From the NCBI GenBank assembly GCA_038087875.1, contig CM075990.1:1366001-1430000 (forward strand): DNA of 64,000 nt, written 5' to 3'. Position numbers and translations under genes: made by a program. Shown one piece after another: positions 60,358 to 64,000 of the stretch (positions are counted from its first letter, which is position 1; each line of letters opens with the position of its first letter). A model generated the notes under the pieces. It worked only from the letters and a program-made list of their open reading frames with translations. It searched no databases and was not told the DNA's origin. Origin of the DNA: Malacoraja senta (taxonomy: Eukaryota).

Positions 60358-63300
60358 ACCCCAGGCATAGGCGGAAATTGCTTTTAAAACATGGGGAGGG
60401 ACACATTGGAGCCTGACATCAAGGAAAGAGGTCGGCAACCTACGGCCCACGGACCGGAACCGGCCCGCAACCCAAAATCATCCGGCCCGCAGATGTATTT
60501 TTTTCAATTTGTTTTCGCGTCCTGGGAACTGCAGTCAGTCCCAGGGCACGCAGGCGACCTGGGCGCTACAGCCAGACCTGCCAGCCGATATGTGCGCTTC
60601 AGGCATTCCCGAGGCAGGCGAGCCCCTCTGGGCGCAACAACCATTCCCGGGCAGGCGAGCTGACCTGGGCGCAACAGCCAGTCCCACGGCACGCAGGCGA
60701 CCTGGGCGCTAAAGCCAGACAAAGGCCAAGCGAGCTGACTTGGGCGCTTCAACTAGGCATGCCAGTCGACCTACAGCTTGTCGCGGGGCGGGCGAGCCCA
60801 CCAGGGCGCTACAGCCATTCGCGGGGCAAGCGAGCCGACCTGGAACTGGTTGTTGCGCCTAGGGCACAAAACATGGGGAGGGGGGCGGGTTTGTCTCCCC
60901 AGCTCTCAAACAGGTGCCCCCATCCCCCGTCCACCCCCTGATTAACTGGAAGATGTGTTTTCTTTATCGTGAAATAAAACGACAAAGTCTGAGAGCGCTG
61001 AACTCCGTGACAGCTCTGTGGTCGGTGTTTCAAGTATTGTTTTCAGGAGATCCTCCAGGTGAGACAAAGGTTCACATGTACCTCCTCGAACCAGATTAAT
61101 TGCATCCGCTGTTCCTAATGTGGCTCATTTACATCGGTGAGACCAAACGTAGAATCATAGAAAAACATAGAAACATAGAAAAAATAGGTGCAGGAACAGG
61201 CCATTCGGCCCATCGAGCCAGTACCGTCATTCTATCTGATCATGACTGATCATCTAAAATCAGTATCCCGTTCCTGCTTTTCCCCCGTATCCCTTGATTC
61301 CTTTAGCCCAAAGAGCTAAATCTAACTTTGTCTTGAAAAAATCAAGTGAATTGGCTCCCATTGCCTTCTGTGGCAAAGAATTCCACAGGTTCACAACTCT
61401 CTGGGTGAAAACGTTTTTCCTCATCTCAGTTCAAAATGGCCTACCCCTTATTCTTAAACTGTGACCCCTGGTTCTGGACTCCCTCAGCATCGGGTAGATT
61501 TTTCCTGCATCAACTAGATAAATTAATAATGTGCGGAGTCCACTGTTGTGCTTCAATAAATGTCATCGCGACGGACGTTCAGGTGCAAAGTTAGGAATGA
61601 CTTCGACAAGGAATGGGTAGATGATATATCAGAGCTGTTGTAAGGCAACTGGTCGGTCCTCTCACCAGCTCTAGAGCGGTCCTGACCTTCCATCTACCTC
61701 ATTTGAGACCTTCGAACTATCTTTAATCGGACTTTACTGGACGTTATCTACATCAAGTTTAACCATTAAGTTATACGTTTAAGTCTGAAGAAGGTCACGA
61801 CCCGAAACGTCACCCATTCCTTCTCTCCAGAGATGCTGCCTGTCCTGCTGAGTTACTGTAGCATTCTGTGTCTCTCTTCGGTTCAAACCAGCATCTGCAT
61901 TCCCTTCCTGCACGTTACCTTTATCTGCAAACTGCAAACAGCCTGATTACAATCATGTAAAGTCCTTTCTCATACACTCTTCCATTGTATCTCGCTGCAC
62001 GATGTAATGGTAAATTAATGTTAGCTAAATTAAACTGATATATCATGGCCGTCCGAAGAGGGGGGGTGGTGCGTTGGGTGCGGTCGCATCCCACCTTTTT
62101 TTCACAGAATAAGAAATATTCGCGAGGAAATAAATGGAGCGCAATCAGCGTTTACCCGTTGGGGGAAGTTGGGGGAAGCCGGTGACGCACTAGGGACGTA
62201 ACATGACGCTGTCTCTCCGCGCGTGCGCAGTGGGTCCGGGCGGGATCAGGTCAGATCAATTTTCACTCCACACCAATGATACTAGAGCACCCTTTGCTCC
62301 ACACAATCAGAGATCTCCTCGATGCCTCGTGTCTACTCAGGGTAAGTAGTGAAATGTTGCGTTGCGGGAGGGGGAGTCTTTTTCATATCCTGGGTGGCAA
62401 ACTCCGTTTCTCCGTGGGGGGGGGGGCGCTGCGGTGTCTGCCCATCGCCTGGCGTCCACGGAGCGGGTCCGCTGCCGGCGGCCGGCGGACCAATCCGGGG
62501 AGACCGTTCTCCCGTTGCCGGGCGGGATCCGGAACGACTGAATCTGAACCTGTCGGGCCCTCGCCTCCCCCTCCGCCCCCCCCCCCGCTGGGCCCACGCC
62601 ACCTTTTCCCCGCCCACGCCACCCCACACTACCGCAGGGCCCACGCCTTTCTTCCGCCCCCCCGCAGCGGACCCGCGCCACCGCGGACAGTCGCCCCCCC
62701 CGCGGACCCTCGCCTATCGCCTTTCGCCCCCCCCCCCGCGCAGCGGTCCCTCGCATATCGCCCCCCCCGCGGCGCGCACTCGCATCTCGCCCCCTCCCCA
62801 CCCTCGCATCTCCCCCCCCCCACCCGCAGCGGCCCCTCGCATCTAGCCCCCCCAGCAGTGGACCCTCGCATCCTCCCCCAACGCTGCGTGGGAAGTAGGA
62901 AGGTGAAAGAGGGGGGAATGTGAGACAGGGAGGGATGGGAGGGGGAGAGAGAGGGGAAGGAGGGGAGGGGAGAGAGAGAGAGATGGGGAGGGAAAGAGAG
63001 GTGGAGGGCAGAGGGAAACGGGGATTATCTTTAGTGACATTGGAAAATTAAGGTCGGTTTTAGAGCTATTATATTTTCTCCTCTATATGAATAATATTAA
63101 ACAATATCAAATAATATCAAACATTTGGAACTCCTTTCTTTTACTTGATAACAATACTGAAAAATATGAATTCCATAGTTTGTTACATAAATACACATTT
63201 TAATGGGAGCATTATATATAGATGTAACATTTCCATTTTGAGATCAAGGGGGTGGGGGCAAATATGCAAGGGCATATGGAAGGGCATGCAAGAAATTACC

Positions 63301-64000
63301 AACTACAAGAGGAAAGCCCCCGCTCTTTGAACAATCGTCAGCTGAGCCACGACCTGAATGAGCTTTACTGCAGGTTTGAAAATCAGAAACGTTACTCTGC
63401 TAACCCCTCCCCAACAAACACAGCCCGACCCGTCTGCAAATGATGGACCCAGCTCCCTCTCCTTCCCATTCACCACTTCACACCTACGTAAGGCAAGACT
63501 CCAGTATGAAAAGAGTGGACCCTTTCCCACCCCAACTAATACTTCACACCCACTCACAGCCTGACCTCATTCTACAAAGACTGGGCCCTTCTACACCCAC
63601 CCCACTCCAATCACCACTTCACACACAATAACTCATTTTTAACCAGTCCCTGCAAACATGTACTGTCCCTGTCTGCTTCAAAGTCTCCACTATTGTCCCT
63701 GTACACAAAGAGGCAAGGATTACTTGTCTTAATGACTACAGGCCTGACGCACTGACCTCTGTAGTCATGAGGACCCTTGAAAAGGCTTGTGCTGGCCAAG
63801 CTGAAAAATATCACAATTCCCCTGCTGGACTCTCTGCAGTTTGCATATTGGGCCAATAGATTTGTGGATGACGCAGTCAATCTGGGCCTGCACTTCATTC
63901 TCCAGCACCTAGATCGCCAGGGGACCTATGCGAGCATTTTGTTTGTTGATTTTAGCTCTGCATTCAACACCATTTGTGCCAGAGCTACTACGCTCCAAAC

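Larger units (their letters stand above)
51375..64000 (+). repeat. Segmental duplication, copy 2 (continues past the window end)
   Basis: Collinear with 33439-44819. Confidence 0.95.

Overview
Eukaryotic, repeat-dense DNA, most likely from a cartilaginous fish such as a skate or ray. This is an inference from the V-SINE/HE1-like SINEs, the CR1, Rex1 and Penelope families, and the two-exon GPR139-like receptors. I cannot support any intact protein-coding gene. The window contains: (i) two disabled GPR139-like GPCR paralogs (4155-5062; 23988-26512); (ii) a full-length but decayed DIRS1 tyrosine-recombinase retrotransposon (13231-18018) with readable ITR/ICR termini; (iii) a Penelope-like element and about 19 dispersed copies of its terminal repeat, carrying an intact or decayed minimal hammerhead-ribozyme core (CTGAAGA-stem-GAAACGTC); (iv) a near-full-length Rex1/Babar LINE, many CR1 fragments, SINEs and hAT-type MITEs; (v) a large direct segmental duplication (33439-44819 vs 51375-64000, running off the window) carrying tRNA-Asp(GTC), tRNA-iMet(CAT) and a CpG-island promoter-like block, with damaged tRNA-Phe and tRNA-Lys genes between the copies; (vi) several long fold-back structures. 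All comparisons and coordinates were made by eye, and the boundaries of decayed repeats are approximate.
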